Below, in pieces: positions 63,241 through 64,000 of a stretch of 64,000 bases of DNA. The stretch is from Sedimentisphaerales bacterium (lineage in GTDB: Bacteria; Planctomycetota; Phycisphaerae; Sedimentisphaerales; SM23-30). The number at the start of each line of letters is the position of its first letter. The stretch's first letter is position 1. The position numbers and the translations under genes are program-made. Under the pieces are notes generated by a model. The model did not search any database. It saw only the letters and a program-made list of their open reading frames with translations, and was not told the origin of the DNA. The DNA is taken from the NCBI GenBank assembly GCA_963663965.2, contig CAXXFK010000010.1, positions 96,001 through 160,000 on the forward strand, given 5' to 3'.

Positions 63241-64000
63241 TCACATAAGCAGAACAAAGACAAAATAAGCTACCGGAGCAGCGGCAATGGGTGAATCAAT
63301 CAAATCCAGAATACCGCCAAATTCAGGGACGACATTCGCCGAATCCTTGATCTGGCTATCACGTTTGAGCATCGATTCAAGCAGATCGCCCAACTGTCCG
63401 GTTATTCCAATAATCAAACTTGATATTAACGCTTTAGTTATCGGCATCAAAGAAAAAATTCTGGCGCATAATAAGCCAGCCAGAATCCCCAGAATCAGGC
63501 CGCCAGCAAGCCCTTCCCAGGTCTTGTTGGGACTGATAGAAGGTACCCATTTGTGTTTTCCAATTGCGCGTCCAGTCAGATAAGCTCCTACATCAGCACA
63601 CTTTACAATAGCCAGGTACGTTACCACCGGGCCCATCTGGCCCGCCCATCCGCTGCCATTCACACCGAGCAGCCGGATAGATACCATGAAAAAAAAGCCT
63701 ATTACTAAATAGATCGTCGCAAAAGAAACAAAACCTAAATGGCGAAAAGCCGCATCAGGACCCAAAAGCATCCCCTGGCAAAGGGCAGCAACCAGCAAAA
63801 TCATCGCCATCACCCCCCCCAAACCAACCATCGCATACTGCTGTGGCACCCAGAATGGAATGGTAGTACCGGCCATCATTCCAACAAACATCACCCATCC
63901 AACCAGCATGAATTTTCCATCCCGCATCATGTCGAGCAGTTCATTCATGGCAACACAACCCAATAAACCCGCAATGATCCCAAATCCGATTCCGCGAAAG
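63241..64000 (-). CDS. cdsA: Phosphatidate cytidylyltransferase (5' end outside window)
   Basis: DVGAY..G..IGKHK..SPNKTWEG, GDLLESMLKR..KDS..PEFGGILDLID. Confidence 0.93.
   Translation of the reverse strand, partial: FRGIGFGIIAGLLGCVAMNELLDMMRDGKFMLVGWVMFVGMMAGTTIPFWVPQQYAMVGLGGVMAMILLVAALCQGMLLGPDAAFRHLGFVSFATIYLVIGFFFMVSIRLLGVNGSGWAGQMGPVVTYLAIVKCADVGAYLTGRAIGKHKWVPSISPNKTWEGLAGGLILGILAGLLCARIFSLMPITKALISSLIIGITGQLGDLLESMLKRDSQIKDSANVVPEFGGILDLIDSPIAAAPVAYFVFVLLM

Overview
Bacterial chromosomal window, most likely a planctomycete of the Phycisphaerae/Sedimentisphaerales type. This is inferred from the PEP-CTERM and LamG/dockerin-like secreted proteins, the Rhodopirellula-type ECF sigma/FecR pair and the excisionase-HTH response regulator. 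Housekeeping blocks (fba, rodA-mnmE-yidC, metX-metW fusion, larE, tRNA-Gly, cdsA-phoH-HD-ybeY-CNNM) alternate with accessory blocks: a heavily frameshifted 11-19.6 kb segment; an ECF/FecR-controlled beta-glucan locus (GH128 plus two LamG/Ig proteins); an ArsR-permease-thioredoxin-DGC-CcdA operon with an unusual thioredoxin-NosL-MerB-like fusion; a repeat-flanked AT-rich methyltransferase cassette; and a tRNA-adjacent sugar/sulfate catabolic region with two MITEs. The most notable signals not explained by the ORF track are a tandem pair of ~80-nt structured RNA-like units at 1201-1410 (base changes that preserve pairing, AGGAGG loops, terminator-like hairpins) and the two long-hairpin MITEs. 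All calls come from reading the sequence by eye; no database searches were run.
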